DNA from: Armatimonadota bacterium
Lineage (GTDB): Bacteria; Vulcanimicrobiota; JACPDS01; JBDRKI01
Length of the DNA: 64,000 bases
NCBI GenBank assembly: GCA_043814095.1
Contig: JBDRKI010000075.1
Coordinates: 424 to 64,423 of the forward strand
Direction of reading: 5' to 3'
Shown: one piece after another, positions 1 to 11,172 of the stretch
How positions within the stretch are numbered: position 1 is the first letter of the stretch
How the letters are laid out: each line of letters opens with the position of its first letter
The notes under the pieces: generated by a model
The model's database searches: none
The model's input: the letters and a program-made list of their open reading frames with translations, nothing else
What the model was told of the DNA's origin: nothing
Translations under genes and position numbers: made by a program

Positions 1-1089
1 TGGTCGTCCCCCGAATCGGTTGAAGCGCGCCTTATATGCGATGTGTATAACCCGGACGATACGCCTTTTGAGGGATGCCCGCGGGTAATACTTAAAAAAA
101 TAATAGAGGAAGCTTCAAAAATGGGCTATACATTAAACGCGGGTCCTGAAGCCGAATTCTTCCTGTTTTTAAAAGACCAGGACGGCAAACCCACTACAAA
201 AACTCATGATCAGGGCGGATATTTTGACATGCCCCCCATAGATCTCGGAGAAGAAACAAGACGAGAGATGGTTCAAGCTCTTGAAAAGATGAACTTTAAA
301 ATTGAATCTTCGCACCATGAAGTCGCGCACGGACAGCATGAAATAGATTTCATGTACGCTGACGCTTTAAAAACCGCGGACAATATCGCCACATTCAGAA
401 TTGTCGTCAAAACAATCGCCCTTAAACACAACCTGCATGCTACTTTCATGCCTAAACCCATTTTCGGCATAAACGGATCGGGCATGCATACTCATATGTC
501 ATTATTTAAAAACGGAAAAAATATTTTTTACGATCCGAAAGGTCCAAACTACTTAAGCCAGACATGCCTGTATTTTACAGGCGGGGTATTAAAGCACGTG
601 CCGGGATTTACATTAATTACCAACCCGCTCATTAATTCATATAAGCGGCTTGTCCCCGGCTACGAAGCGCCCGTTCATATCGCGTGGTCGGTGCGCAACC
701 GATCCCCGCTTGTGCGCGTACCCGCAGCAAAAGGAGAAGGAACCCGGATAGAGCTAAGATCTCCGGATCCTTCATGCAACCCGTATCTTGCGCTTGCGGT
801 AATGTTAAAATCAGGGCTTGAAGGCATAAAAAACAAAATCAAACCTCCTGCGCCGGTCAATAAAAATATCTATGATATGTCGGAAAAAGAAAAAGAAAAA
901 GAAGGCATCGGCGCTCTTCCCGGAAACCTATTTGAAGCCATAGAAGCATTTAAAAAAGACAAAATAATACAGGACGCGGTCGGGAAACATATTACGGAGC
1001 ATATGATCCACGCAAAAACTCTTGAATGGTATTTATACAACATATCGGTTCACGGATGGGAGAAAGAAAGATACCTGGCCGTATTTTAA
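1..1089 (+). CDS. glnA: Glutamine synthetase type I, C-terminal catalytic region. The 5' end is cut by the window edge.
   Basis: Open frame from nt 1 (…EARLICDVYNPDDTPFEGCPRVILKKI…). Conserved GS catalytic-domain motifs (NAGPEAEFFLF, MPKPIFGINGSGMHTHMSLF, RVP…GTRIELRSPDPSCNPYLA). No start codon in the window. Confidence 0.85.
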   Translation, partial: WSSPESVEARLICDVYNPDDTPFEGCPRVILKKIIEEASKMGYTLNAGPEAEFFLFLKDQDGKPTTKTHDQGGYFDMPPIDLGEETRREMVQALEKMNFKIESSHHEVAHGQHEIDFMYADALKTADNIATFRIVVKTIALKHNLHATFMPKPIFGINGSGMHTHMSLFKNGKNIFYDPKGPNYLSQTCLYFTGGVLKHVPGFTLITNPLINSYKRLVPGYEAPVHIAWSVRNRSPLVRVPAAKGEGTRIELRSPDPSCNPYLALAVMLKSGLEGIKNKIKPPAPVNKNIYDMSEKEKEKEGIGALPGNLFEAIEAFKKDKIIQDAVGKHITEHMIHAKTLEWYLYNISVHGWEKERYLAVF

Positions 1090-1110
1090 AATAATGATCG
1101 CGAGGTAATT

Positions 1111-2931
1111 ATGTGCGGTATAGTCGGATACATAGGCAAAAAACAAGTTATTCCCATACTCTTAAACGGCTTAAAGCTCCTGGAATACAGGGGATATGAC
1201 TCTTCCGGAGTCGCCGTATACAACGGCAACCATAAAATCCAGGAAAGAAAAAGCCTTGGCAAGCTTATAGAACTTGAAAACCTTTTAAAGGGACTGCCCT
1301 TGAAGGGCTCCCTTGGCATAGGCCATACACGCTGGGCAACTCACGGCAAGCCGTCCGACATGAACGCACACCCGCATCTTGACTGCCGCGGAAAAATAGC
1401 CGTGGTGCACAACGGTATCATAGAAAATTTTCTCCCCCTGCAGAATAAGCTTGAAAAAAGGGGACATAAATTTAAATCGGAAACAGATACTGAAATTTTA
1501 GCTCACTTAATTGAAGATAATTATACAGGCAGCATTGAGAAAGCGGTAAGAAAAGCATTGAAACAGGTGAGGGGTTCATACGCTCTAGGGGTAATATGCG
1601 TGGACGAACCGGACAAGATCGTCGCCGCGAGAAAAGACTCCCCCCTTATAATCGGTATAGGAAAACATGAAAACTACATAGCATCGGACATCCCTGCTTT
1701 TTTAAGCCATACGAAACGGGCCCTTCTTCTTTATGACGAAGAAATAGCTGTTATAACAAAAGATTCCGTAAAAATAACCGACCTTAACGGTAAAATAATA
1801 GCAAGAAAAAGCTTCGCCGTATCATGGTCGCAGGAACAGGCGTCAAAAGGCGGGTACAAGCATTTTATGCTTAAAGAAATATACGAGCAGCCGAAAATAA
1901 CCGCGGAAACTCTCTCGGGGAGGCTCCGCGGGGATATGTGTGTTGACCTTGAACACATAAAATTAAACAAGAATAAATTAAAAAAGATAAACAGAATATT
2001 TATGTCTGCCTGCGGAACAGCTTACCACGCGGCACTGATAGGAAAATATATAATAGAAGAAATAACAAAAATACCCTGCGAGGTTGACCTCGCGTCCGAA
2101 TTCAGATACAGAAAACCCGTCCTTGATAAAAAAACTCTCTTCATACCGATAAGCCAGTCAGGGGAAACAGCCGACACGCTGGCCGCAACAAGAGAAGCAA
2201 AAAGGCTCGGCGCCCACACACTTGCGATATGCAACGTAATGGGGAGTTCTCTTTCAAGGGAAACCCATGACACATTATACACAAGAGCCGGCATTGAGAT
2301 AGGAGTAGCGGCAACCAAAACTTTTATAGCACAGTTAATAGCCATCTATCTGCTTGCGTTCCATATAGCCCAGGAACTTTCAATTCATTATGACAGAAAA
2401 TATTTAAAAGAACTTTACAAGCTCCCGAACCTGATGGAAAAAATACTCGGAAGCCACGACGAAATAAAAAAATGGGCAAGAAAATACCATAACCGCTTCA
2501 ACTTCCTGTATCTCGGCAGGGGATTAAACTACCCTATCGCTCTTGAAGGCGCGTTAAAATTAAAAGAGATATCATACATGCACGCGGAAGGCTACGCGGC
2601 AGGGGAAATGAAGCACGGCCCTATAGCGCTTATAGACAAGCATGTACCTGTTGTGGGAATTCTTACAAAAAACCCTACTTATGATAAAATCGTAAATAAC
2701 GTAAAAGAAGTAAACGCAAGGGGCGGCATCCTGCTCGCGCTTGCAACGGAGAAAGACATCTACGTAAAAACCTTTGCGGATTATGTTTATTATCTTCCAA
2801 AAACAGTTCCTTTGTTTGACCCTATCTTAAACGTGATACCCCTGCAGCTTCTGGCATATTACATTGCGGATATAAAAAAGAGAGATGTTGATCAACCCAG
2901 GAATCTTGCGAAAAGCGTAACCGTAGAATAA
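1111..2931 (+). CDS. glmS: Glutamine--fructose-6-phosphate aminotransferase (isomerising)
   Basis: N-terminal MCGIVGY class-II amidotransferase Cys, two SIS domains, 606 aa. RBS-like GAGG upstream. Confidence 0.9.
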   Translation: MCGIVGYIGKKQVIPILLNGLKLLEYRGYDSSGVAVYNGNHKIQERKSLGKLIELENLLKGLPLKGSLGIGHTRWATHGKPSDMNAHPHLDCRGKIAVVHNGIIENFLPLQNKLEKRGHKFKSETDTEILAHLIEDNYTGSIEKAVRKALKQVRGSYALGVICVDEPDKIVAARKDSPLIIGIGKHENYIASDIPAFLSHTKRALLLYDEEIAVITKDSVKITDLNGKIIARKSFAVSWSQEQASKGGYKHFMLKEIYEQPKITAETLSGRLRGDMCVDLEHIKLNKNKLKKINRIFMSACGTAYHAALIGKYIIEEITKIPCEVDLASEFRYRKPVLDKKTLFIPISQSGETADTLAATREAKRLGAHTLAICNVMGSSLSRETHDTLYTRAGIEIGVAATKTFIAQLIAIYLLAFHIAQELSIHYDRKYLKELYKLPNLMEKILGSHDEIKKWARKYHNRFNFLYLGRGLNYPIALEGALKLKEISYMHAEGYAAGEMKHGPIALIDKHVPVVGILTKNPTYDKIVNNVKEVNARGGILLALATEKDIYVKTFADYVYYLPKTVPLFDPILNVIPLQLLAYYIADIKKRDVDQPRNLAKSVTVE

Positions 2932-2935
2932 AAAA

Positions 2936-2980
2936 ATCCCGTCGCGACTTTTATATCGTGGCGGGATATTTTTTTGTGAA
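2936..2980. terminator. Bidirectional rho-independent terminator between convergent glmS and the HU gene
   Basis: Inverted repeat ATCCCGTCGCGAC…CGTGGCGGGAT flanked by A-run and T-run. Confidence 0.5.
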
Positions 2981-2991
2981 CGCAACTTTTA

Positions 2992-3282
2992 TTATACTGC
3001 GCTTCTAAGATATTTGCCGGGTTTGAAATAAGGAACATTTCTGGCTTTAATTTTGATCGGTTCGCCGGTTCTCGGGTTTCTGCCGGTTCTTGAACTTCTC
3101 TTTCTTACTTCAAAGGATCCGAAAGGAATTAATCTAACCGGTGTGCCTTTTTTAAGGTTGGTTCTAACTCCTTCGATGAAGCTGTTTAAAGCTCTCTCTG
3201 AATCTCTCTTTGAAAGTTTGGTTTTGTCGGATATATAATTGATCATATCCTGTTTGCCCCAAGTCTTTGTTCTGGTTGCCAT
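2992..3282 (-). CDS. hup: HU/IHF-family nucleoid DNA-binding protein
   Basis: 96 aa. Typical HU fold sequence (…RLIPFGSFEVRKRSSRTGRNPRTGEPIKIKARNVPYFKPGK…). Confidence 0.8.
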   Translation of the reverse strand: MATRTKTWGKQDMINYISDKTKLSKRDSERALNSFIEGVRTNLKKGTPVRLIPFGSFEVRKRSSRTGRNPRTGEPIKIKARNVPYFKPGKYLRSAV

Positions 3283-3531
3283 CTCACTTCACCTCCCCTC
3301 TTTTTATAATTAAGGTGCGTATCAACACCTTGATAAACTTGCACTTTAGTATTCTATGGTCTTTTTGAAAATCCTCTTTTTCCCATCAAATATGGAGAAA
3401 AAATTTTTAATCGGCGAAAAACCTTTATTTTGCAAGGTTTTTAGATTTATCTTTTTTAAAAAAATAAAAAGGGTATTTCAATTTAAATCAAGAATGCTTC
3501 TACATCTCTATAAAATATTTTTAAGTTTTTT

Positions 3532-3927
3532 TTGAAAGGAGTGTGTGAAATTTTGAACAATCATCCTTTTCTGCGCTACAAATATAAAAATGGAATGATA
3601 GCGTGGGCGCTGCAGAGGCTCTCCGGTTTATGCCTCGCGTTTTATCTCGTTGCTCATCTTCTGGTTACGAGCTTGCTTATAAAAGGGCCGGCTTCTTTTG
3701 ACAAAATGATGGAGATGCTGCACAGCCCCATTACGGTTGCTCTTGAGATATGCCTTATAGGTGTTGTGATGTATCACGCTTTAAACGGGATAAGACTGGC
3801 TCTTTTAAGCTTCGGAGTTCCCACAAAATACCACAGTGCGCTATTCTGGATTTTAATGTTTATAGGGGTTGTCCTTTTCGCATTAAGCTGGTATGTGATT
3901 TTCCCGTGGGACGCGATCGGATTTTAA
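3532..3927 (+). CDS. sdhC: Succinate dehydrogenase/fumarate reductase cytochrome b subunit
   Basis: Three-TM small hydrophobic protein with conserved His (…MYHALNGIRL…) directly upstream of sdhD/A/B. The start codon is ambiguous: the track start is TTG, but an in-frame TTG at 3553, 11 nt after a GGAG, is more likely. Confidence 0.7.
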   Translation: MKGVCEILNNHPFLRYKYKNGMIAWALQRLSGLCLAFYLVAHLLVTSLLIKGPASFDKMMEMLHSPITVALEICLIGVVMYHALNGIRLALLSFGVPTKYHSALFWILMFIGVVLFALSWYVIFPWDAIGF

Positions 3928-3949
3928 AGTTTAATCGGAGGAATATGCT

Positions 3950-4309
3950 ATGAGTAAATTTAAAGCCGGGAGATTCCAGGGAATACTCTGGGGCTTCCAG
4001 ATATTATCGGGACTCTTTTTAGTGATAGTGCTCGGGATCCATTTCTGGTTCCTGCATTTTATAACAGGCGCGAGCAAGACCATGATAACTTATGAGGTGG
4101 TGGCGCAGAGACTGCGCACCCCTTTATGGAAAGCGATTGACACGATCTTCCTGCTTCTTGTTCTTTATCACGCGTTAAACGGCGTACGGGCTGTTCTTCT
4201 GGATTACAACTTAAGCAAAGGATTAAGAAAAACCCTTTTTGTGTTTTTTGCCGTACTGGCAGTCATCTGCTTCGTATTCGGGGTAAGGATAATAAATTCA
4301 ATTTACTAA
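3950..4309 (+). CDS. sdhD: Succinate dehydrogenase hydrophobic membrane anchor subunit
   Basis: 119 aa, 3 TM, LYHALNGVRAV motif. Operon position between sdhC and sdhA. Confidence 0.65.
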   Translation: MSKFKAGRFQGILWGFQILSGLFLVIVLGIHFWFLHFITGASKTMITYEVVAQRLRTPLWKAIDTIFLLLVLYHALNGVRAVLLDYNLSKGLRKTLFVFFAVLAVICFVFGVRIINSIY

Positions 4310-4335
4310 GACAGGACTTATAACGGAGGATATAG

Positions 4336-6045
4336 ATGAACGATATTATTAAACATGATGTTGTTATTATAGGTGGCGGTCTCGCGGGCATGAGAGCCGC
4401 TCTTGAGATATGCGACAATCATGATGTGGCAATTATATCAAAAGTGCACCCGGTAAGATCACATTCCGGCGCGGCGCAGGGCGGAATAGCCGCATCTCTG
4501 GGCAACGTGGCCGATGATGACTGGGAAAAACATATGTTTGACACGGTAAAGGGGAGTGATTATCTCGGAGACCAGGATGCAATAGAGATACTTGTTAAAG
4601 AAGCTCCCCAGAATATTATAGAGCTTGAACATATGGGTACGCCCTTTTCAAGAACCGAGAACGGCAGAATCGCGCAAAGGCCCTTCGGCGGACATTCCTC
4701 TCCCAGAGCCTGCTATGCGGCCGACTTAACAGGGCATGTAATACTCCATACATTATACGAGCAGATTATAAAGAAGAAAATAAAAGTATATTCCGAATTC
4801 TATGTGCTGGATATCATACTTAAAGACAATATCTGCCGCGGCCTTATAGGTTTTGACCTTACAACAGGCACCATACACACATTCCATTCAAAAGCCGTAA
4901 TGTTCGCAACAGGCGGTTACGGAAGAGCATTTAAAATAACCTCAAACGCGCACGCCAATACCGGAGACGGGTTAAGCATAATTTACAACCAGAGCCTCCC
5001 CATCCAGGATATGGAATTCGTGCAGTTCCACCCCACGGGATTATGGAAGCAGGGAATTCTCGTAACAGAAGGCGCGCGAGGCGAAGGCGGATACCTCTTA
5101 AACAAAGACGGCGAGCGGTTCATGAAGCGCTACGCGCCAAACATGATGGAAATAGCTCCCAGGGATGTAGTATCGCGCGCGATCCAGACAGAGATAAATG
5201 AAGGAAGGGGCATAGACGGAAAAGATTACGTGCATCTTGACCTGCGCCACTTAGGAAAAGAAAAAATTATGAAGCTCCTGCCCCAGATAAGAGAGCTTGC
5301 GATGGATTTTGTCGGAGTAGACTGCATTGAAGGCCCGATACCCATCCAGCCCACAGCCCATTATTCCATGGGGGGGATACCCGTAAATATAGACGGAAAC
5401 GTCATATCGGACGAAAAAGGAACTCTTATTACAGGATTATACGCCGCGGGAGAATGTTCGTGCGTGTCCGTTCACGGCGCGAACAGGCTGGGATGCAATT
5501 CCCTGCTTGAAGCAGTCGTATACGGAAGGCGTACCGGCAAATACATAAATGAATTTTTGCAAGACGCTAAATTAGAACTTCTTCCCGAAGAGGCTGACAA
5601 AAAAGTGCAGGATAAAATATCAAAACTTCTAAGCAGTGAAGGAACAGAGCTCCCTGCGAAAATACGCGAAGAACTGCAGGAAGTCATGTTCAAAAAATGC
5701 GGTGTTTACAGAAACGAAGACGACTTAAAAGACTGCCTGCAGGCGGTTAAAAAGCTTCAGGAAAGATTCAAAAAAGTCAAGATTGACGACAGAAGCAAGC
5801 TCTATAACACGGACTTAATTGAAACAATAGAACTCAGCCATCTTCTTGATTTCTCCGAAGTAATAGCAGCAGGCGCCCTGGCAAGAACAGAATCCCGGGG
5901 AGGCCACTCAAGAGTGGACTTCCCAAAAAGAGACGACGCGAACTGGCTGAAACATACCTTCGCGTATAAAACAGAAACAGGGCTGAAATTTACATATAAA
6001 GATGTAGCAATAACAAAATTCCAGCCGCAGGAAAGAAAGTATTAG
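4336..6045 (+). CDS. sdhA: Succinate dehydrogenase flavoprotein subunit
   Basis: FAD-binding GGGLAG motif, covalent-FAD His region ([11 protein letters not shown]), conserved HPTG and catalytic regions. 569 aa. Confidence 0.9.
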   Translation: MNDIIKHDVVIIGGGLAGMRAALEICDNHDVAIISKVHPVRSHSGAAQGGIAASLGNVADDDWEKHMFDTVKGSDYLGDQDAIEILVKEAPQNIIELEHMGTPFSRTENGRIAQRPFGGHSSPRACYAADLTGHVILHTLYEQIIKKKIKVYSEFYVLDIILKDNICRGLIGFDLTTGTIHTFHSKAVMFATGGYGRAFKITSNAHANTGDGLSIIYNQSLPIQDMEFVQFHPTGLWKQGILVTEGARGEGGYLLNKDGERFMKRYAPNMMEIAPRDVVSRAIQTEINEGRGIDGKDYVHLDLRHLGKEKIMKLLPQIRELAMDFVGVDCIEGPIPIQPTAHYSMGGIPVNIDGNVISDEKGTLITGLYAAGECSCVSVHGANRLGCNSLLEAVVYGRRTGKYINEFLQDAKLELLPEEADKKVQDKISKLLSSEGTELPAKIREELQEVMFKKCGVYRNEDDLKDCLQAVKKLQERFKKVKIDDRSKLYNTDLIETIELSHLLDFSEVIAAGALARTESRGGHSRVDFPKRDDANWLKHTFAYKTETGLKFTYKDVAITKFQPQERKY

Positions 6046-6055
6046 GAGGATATTA

Positions 6056-6754
6056 ATGGAAATTACCTTTAAAATATTCAGATTTAACCCCGAAGAAGAT
6101 AAAAAGCCGTATTACAAGGAATACAAGGTTGAGGTAAAATCCGGCGAAACAGTACTGGACGCGTTAAACCAGATAAAATGGTACCAGGACGGCACACTCG
6201 CTTACAGGAGAAGCTGCAGGTCAGCCATATGCGGTTCATGCGCCATGAAGATAAACGGAATAAACAGGCTTGCCTGCAAAACCCAGGTCTTTGACCTTAA
6301 ATCAAATAAAATAACGGTAGATCCACTGCCTAAATTCAGACTGATAAGGGACCTTATCGTTGACATGGATCCGTTTTTTGACAAGCTTAAAGAAACAAAA
6401 CCCTACCTTATAAATTATTCCGCACCACCGGAGAAAGAAAGAGAGCAGTCCATAAAAGACAGGGAAAAACTTGATGATGTCATTAACTGCATACTCTGCG
6501 GGGGATGCACAACCTCATGTCCGAGCACATGGACGAATAATTCTTACTTAGGCCCCGCCGCGTTTAATAAATCTTACCGATTCGTAGCGGATACGCGCGA
6601 CGAAGGAGAAGAAGAACATTTAGAATCGGTAAACGACGAATCAACCGGAATATGGAGATGCCACGGCATAACAAACTGCTTTGACGCATGCCCTAAGAAT
6701 ATAGACATAACAAAATATATAGGGAACTTAAAGATGAGGTTAAGCAGTTTTTAA
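6056..6754 (+). CDS. sdhB: Succinate dehydrogenase iron-sulfur subunit
   Basis: 2Fe-2S (CRSAICGSCAM), 4Fe-4S (CILCGGCTTSCP) and 3Fe-4S (CHGITNCFDACP) cysteine clusters. Confidence 0.9.
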   Translation: MEITFKIFRFNPEEDKKPYYKEYKVEVKSGETVLDALNQIKWYQDGTLAYRRSCRSAICGSCAMKINGINRLACKTQVFDLKSNKITVDPLPKFRLIRDLIVDMDPFFDKLKETKPYLINYSAPPEKEREQSIKDREKLDDVINCILCGGCTTSCPSTWTNNSYLGPAAFNKSYRFVADTRDEGEEEHLESVNDESTGIWRCHGITNCFDACPKNIDITKYIGNLKMRLSSF

Positions 6755-6797
6755 TAGAAATCTTTTTCGTTAAACTCGGTAAAAAAATCTTTATAAC

Positions 6798-8621
6798 CTA
6801 ATAATCCCTGAAGGATTTAACCAGAATAAGTATAGGATAATTTATTCCCGCCATAGGGAATGTTAATATTTTAACATTTTTTGTCTGCTTGGGACCTACC
6901 GTAAGCTTTTTAAGAAGCTTCTCGTTCGGGAAATAAATTGTATTTGAAATAATGACCGGAGTTCCGTCTAGAAGAAGAACTGCTTTAGCGGGGCCCGCTC
7001 TTGCCTGAAGCAGAATCTCGCATTTTTTAGCGTAATTTTTGTCATTTATAATTGATATATCCATATTATAAAAAACGCCGTAATTACCGTAACAGGGCTC
7101 CCCTGTTGTTATCTCTTTCAAAAAGGGCTTGTTCCCCACATCAATAAAAGTATAAGCTTCGCCCATGTAATGCTTGTATTTAAGATTAAGGTCGGGACTT
7201 GCGAATATTCCCCTCGGATGAACTTCTTTCCCTTCGGAAAGATCAAGGTGCTGGTAATTTGAATGGCGGTACGTGCTTGACTGTATTATTACATTTGGAA
7301 GCGGGCCGTTCAATACCTGGAAGTTCATCAATCCGCTTGTAATCTCGCCGGGTTTTAAATATTTCGCAAAAACAGTTGATACTGAATCCGGAGATATCTC
7401 AATTACATACCCTTTCCTGCTTAAATACGTTAAAAAGTAATTCCTGCCGCCGTAGAAACCTGTGTCAAGCTCGCCGTATCCGTCGGCATACCCCTTTATT
7501 ATATAAACATAACAGCTTTCTTTTGAATCATTAACAAGCCTTACCTGCATATTCCTGGGATAACTGTACTCATAGCATTTGTGATGAAAAAGCATCCTGT
7601 GCAGTCCGTAATCCTGTATGCGTCCCTCAAAAAGCTTGCCGTTATTTACAATGGTCTCAGGGCGGTCGCTTACCATAAGATAGGTCGCCCCGCTTGTATA
7701 CAGGGGGCGGTTTTCTATCTGCACATATACTTTCCCGCTGACTTTAAAAAGATATTTTCCGGTTAAGCTTACCGGTATATATAAAGATTTGCCCTTGTTG
7801 GGATAAAGCTTTCCTATCTTATTTAAGCTTCCTTTGTCTATGTGTATGTGGGCTTTATGCCTTGCTTCAATCTTCTGGTGAAGATTAAGCATGACAGCTT
7901 CTTTTATCACGTCAGGTGTCGCAGGATTGCCGGTAACCGTTACCTTCATGCTTTTAGGTATAGATCCGGCGGTCTCCTTAACAACGACCGTAAGTCTTTT
8001 CTTTAAAGGCGGATAAACAAAATAAAGGGGGGAATTGCCTGTTCCTACGCCCTTTAGTTTAAAAGAACCTGCGGATTTACTTACAATTTCCACTATGGAT
8101 TTATCATACTCTTCAAGGGTGTAGCCGTCATTCCTTACGCCCGTAAATTCAACCGTTACCGTATCTGCTTTGGGCACAACAATTATGGTTTCTGAAAATT
8201 TTACTTCCGGAAGAGTTTTTATCGCTTTTATAAGGTTATCAAGAAATTCCGAGGCGGTATTATGATAGGAAAAAGTCCCCGGCTCAAGTTCTGAACTGTT
8301 AACCGTAAATAAAATATCGTTTTTTGACTTAACAATGGCTTCCCTTGAAGCATTCGCGCTTTCAAGCGTATCCAGCGGGGTAGAATCGGAGATAAATTTT
8401 TCCAGCCTGGATGCAACATTTGTTATTTTTAACTTTAAGTTATTTTCGTTTTTTGAATAAAACCTGCATATAAACACATCGTTAATATATACTTTGCCTA
8501 CGTATATATCGCCGTCCTTAAGTACTTCGGTTTTAATCATCTCATAAGAGGCAAATGCGGAGATTGATAATATAAAAATAAATGTTAAGGTTAAAACAGT
8601 AAATATAATATTTCTTTTCAT
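6798..8621 (-). CDS. Hypothetical secreted protein (607 aa) with N-terminal signal peptide
   Basis: Long ORF with a hydrophobic signal-like N-terminus (MKRNIIFTVLTLTFIFILSISAFA). No family recognised by eye. Confidence 0.5.
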   Translation of the reverse strand: MKRNIIFTVLTLTFIFILSISAFASYEMIKTEVLKDGDIYVGKVYINDVFICRFYSKNENNLKLKITNVASRLEKFISDSTPLDTLESANASREAIVKSKNDILFTVNSSELEPGTFSYHNTASEFLDNLIKAIKTLPEVKFSETIIVVPKADTVTVEFTGVRNDGYTLEEYDKSIVEIVSKSAGSFKLKGVGTGNSPLYFVYPPLKKRLTVVVKETAGSIPKSMKVTVTGNPATPDVIKEAVMLNLHQKIEARHKAHIHIDKGSLNKIGKLYPNKGKSLYIPVSLTGKYLFKVSGKVYVQIENRPLYTSGATYLMVSDRPETIVNNGKLFEGRIQDYGLHRMLFHHKCYEYSYPRNMQVRLVNDSKESCYVYIIKGYADGYGELDTGFYGGRNYFLTYLSRKGYVIEISPDSVSTVFAKYLKPGEITSGLMNFQVLNGPLPNVIIQSSTYRHSNYQHLDLSEGKEVHPRGIFASPDLNLKYKHYMGEAYTFIDVGNKPFLKEITTGEPCYGNYGVFYNMDISIINDKNYAKKCEILLQARAGPAKAVLLLDGTPVIISNTIYFPNEKLLKKLTVGPKQTKNVKILTFPMAGINYPILILVKSFRDY

Positions 8622-8728
8622 AATATTTCTCAGTCTTCTACCTTTACCCGTATTTCCCTTTTTAATAAATTATTTTACCTCAAAGGAGATTGCTTTTTAT
8701 AATAGAAAAGTTTTCTTTGAGGTAAATT

Positions 8729-9658
8729 ATGAAAATACGCGCAGGATCAAGATCAAGCTTGCTTGCTTTAATACAGACAAGGGAAGTTTTAAAAGCCATA
8801 AAGGGAAAATTTCCCCATCTTGAGCTTGAACTTGTCCTTGTAAAGACTACGGGAGATAAGTCTTCTGATCCCCTGGACAAACTAAATACGGTAGGCATAT
8901 TCACAAAAGAAATCGAAGAACAGCTGCTTAAAGGAAGAATAGATATAGCAGTACATTCCTTAAAAGACCTGCCTACAGCCCTGCCTAAAGGGCTTGCCGT
9001 AGGAGCAGTACTGAAAAGAAGCTCGCCCATGGATGTGCTTGTATCATTAAATTATTCATGGGACAACCTTCCCGGGAACGCGGTAATAGGAACCGGGAGT
9101 TTAAGAAGGCGGACCCAGCTTTCATCCATAAAGCCGGAGGTTGAATTTAAAGATCTGCGCGGGAATATAGATACGCGTCTTGAAAAGATAAGAACGGAAA
9201 ATTTAGACGGTATAATATGCGCGCATGCCGCGTTAATAAGGTTAAATATTATTGACCTTAAGGGAAAACTTCTCTCCGAAAAATATGCGGATTATAAATT
9301 TACCCCCCTTCCCGTGGAAATTATGATCCCTGCCGTAGGCCAGGGCATAATAGGAATTGAATTCTGCAGTGGGAATGAAATGATAGAAGAAATTTTAAAG
9401 GCCGTTAACCACCGGGAAACTTTTACCGAAGCTTCCGTTGAAAGAAGCTTCCTTGCGGAACTTGGCGGGGGATGCATGATCCCGGCGGGAGGCCTTGCCT
9501 CGGTTAAAAGAGACCAGATTGAACTTGAAGCCTTCTGGGCGAGAGAGGAAACCGCATCTTTCAAAAGAGAAAAACTTATCTACCCGCTTGAAAAAGCACA
9601 TGATATAGGTCCGGAGCTGGCTAAAAAAATTAAGGGTATCCAAACGGAGGACAAATGA
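8729..9658 (+). CDS. hemC: Hydroxymethylbilane synthase (porphobilinogen deaminase)
   Basis: Conserved N-terminus (IRAGSRSSLLALIQT) and the dipyrromethane cofactor Cys region (GGGCMIPAG). Confidence 0.9.
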   Translation: MKIRAGSRSSLLALIQTREVLKAIKGKFPHLELELVLVKTTGDKSSDPLDKLNTVGIFTKEIEEQLLKGRIDIAVHSLKDLPTALPKGLAVGAVLKRSSPMDVLVSLNYSWDNLPGNAVIGTGSLRRRTQLSSIKPEVEFKDLRGNIDTRLEKIRTENLDGIICAHAALIRLNIIDLKGKLLSEKYADYKFTPLPVEIMIPAVGQGIIGIEFCSGNEMIEEILKAVNHRETFTEASVERSFLAELGGGCMIPAGGLASVKRDQIELEAFWAREETASFKREKLIYPLEKAHDIGPELAKKIKGIQTEDK

Positions 9659-11172
9659 AAGGTAAGGTTTACCTTGTAGGCGCGGGACCCGGGGATACAA
9701 AGCTTTTAACCCTGCGCGGCAAAGAACTGATTGAGAACGCCGATGTCATAATATATGACCGGCTCATAAGCGAACAGATATTTGATTTTGCCGGTCCCGG
9801 GTGCGAAAAAATATATGTAGGCAAAGAAGCCGGAGCTCATTCTCTTTCACAGGATAAAATAGAGAAACTCCTTTATAACAAAGCGGCCGAGGGCAAAAAA
9901 GTAATAAGGTTAAAGGGCGGCGACCCTTATCTTTTCGGCAGGGGCGCCGAAGAAGCCCTTTACCTGGCGGATAAAAAAATAGATTTTGAAGTAGTGCCCG
10001 GCGTAACATCCGCCATAGCGGGGCCCGCTTACGGGGGGATCCCCGTAACACACAGGGATGACGCCTATATGGCAACTTTTGTAACCGGACACAGGGCAGG
10101 AGCGCTTGCGGATGACCTGGACTGGGATAACCTGGCAAAGAATAAAGGCACCCTTGTATTTTTAATGGGGGTGAAAAACCTCGGAAAAATATGCGCAAAC
10201 CTTATAAAACACGGCAAAGACAAAAAAACTCCCGCGGCCATAATAAGTATGGCAACCTATCCCGTCCAGAAAAAAGCCGTCGGGACTCTTTCAGACATAA
10301 AGAAAAAAGCTGAAAGTAAAAACATCGCTTCCCCCGCCGTTATAATAATAGGCGGAGTTGTTAAGTACTCCAACAAACTTGACTGGTTCTCAAAAAAAGA
10401 AAAAAAACTTGCCGGCAAAAACATTCTGATAACGCGCGCAAGGGAAAAACAAAGCAGGTTAAACGACGCCCTGGCTTTTCTGGGAGCAAACCCTTTGTCA
10501 TTCCCTGTTATAAGGCATGCGGTTATAAAAAATAAAAAAACAAATGATACCTTAAAAAAAGTTGATGAATTTGACTACCTTGTATTTACAAGCCCCACCA
10601 CAATAGATTTTCTGATTCCTTTAATAAATGATATACGCTGCCTTAAGGGCCCTAAAATATGCGCCCTGGGCCCGGGAACGAAAAGGTCGCTTGAAGAAAA
10701 AAATCTTAAGGTGGGCATGCTTCCCAAAGAATTTATAGCTGAAGGATTATTAAAAACCTTTAAAAACAAAAATATAAAAAATAAAAGATTTTTAATCATA
10801 AGATCAAGCGCCGGGAGAGATGTTCTACCCGAAGGATTAAAAAAACTCGGGGCAGAAGTTACGGTTCTGAACATTTATAAAACGATGCCGAACAAACCGT
10901 CTAAAGAATTAATAGACCATACTGCCGGGCTTATTAAAAACAAGGAAATAGATCTGGTTGTTTTCATGAGCGCCTCGCAGGTAGAAAATTTTACTTATCT
11001 TTTAAAAAAACACGCTCCCATTAAAGGATTAAAATGCGCCTGTATAGGCCCTGTGGCCGCGGAATATGCCCGCAGGCACGGATACTCGGTTAAAATAGAA
11101 GCAAAACAGCACTGCCTGGAAGGATTGATAGGCGCCGTTGTAAAATACTACAGTCAAAACTTGCAAAAATAA
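9655..11172 (+). CDS. cobA/hemD: Uroporphyrinogen-III C-methyltransferase / uroporphyrinogen-III synthase fusion
   Basis: N-terminal SAM-dependent tetrapyrrole methylase motif (VYLVGAGPGDTKLLTLRG…GGDPYLFGRG). C-terminal about 250 aa HemD-like domain. Overlaps the hemC stop by 4 nt, indicating an operon. Confidence 0.85.
   Translation: MKGKVYLVGAGPGDTKLLTLRGKELIENADVIIYDRLISEQIFDFAGPGCEKIYVGKEAGAHSLSQDKIEKLLYNKAAEGKKVIRLKGGDPYLFGRGAEEALYLADKKIDFEVVPGVTSAIAGPAYGGIPVTHRDDAYMATFVTGHRAGALADDLDWDNLAKNKGTLVFLMGVKNLGKICANLIKHGKDKKTPAAIISMATYPVQKKAVGTLSDIKKKAESKNIASPAVIIIGGVVKYSNKLDWFSKKEKKLAGKNILITRAREKQSRLNDALAFLGANPLSFPVIRHAVIKNKKTNDTLKKVDEFDYLVFTSPTTIDFLIPLINDIRCLKGPKICALGPGTKRSLEEKNLKVGMLPKEFIAEGLLKTFKNKNIKNKRFLIIRSSAGRDVLPEGLKKLGAEVTVLNIYKTMPNKPSKELIDHTAGLIKNKEIDLVVFMSASQVENFTYLLKKHAPIKGLKCACIGPVAAEYARRHGYSVKIEAKQHCLEGLIGAVVKYYSQNLQK

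Noticed and set aside
3283-3531. About 250-nt AT-rich intergenic region upstream of sdhC as a possible ncRNA
   Set aside because: It has no conserved structure or repeat and is consistent with an ordinary AT-rich promoter or UP-element region.
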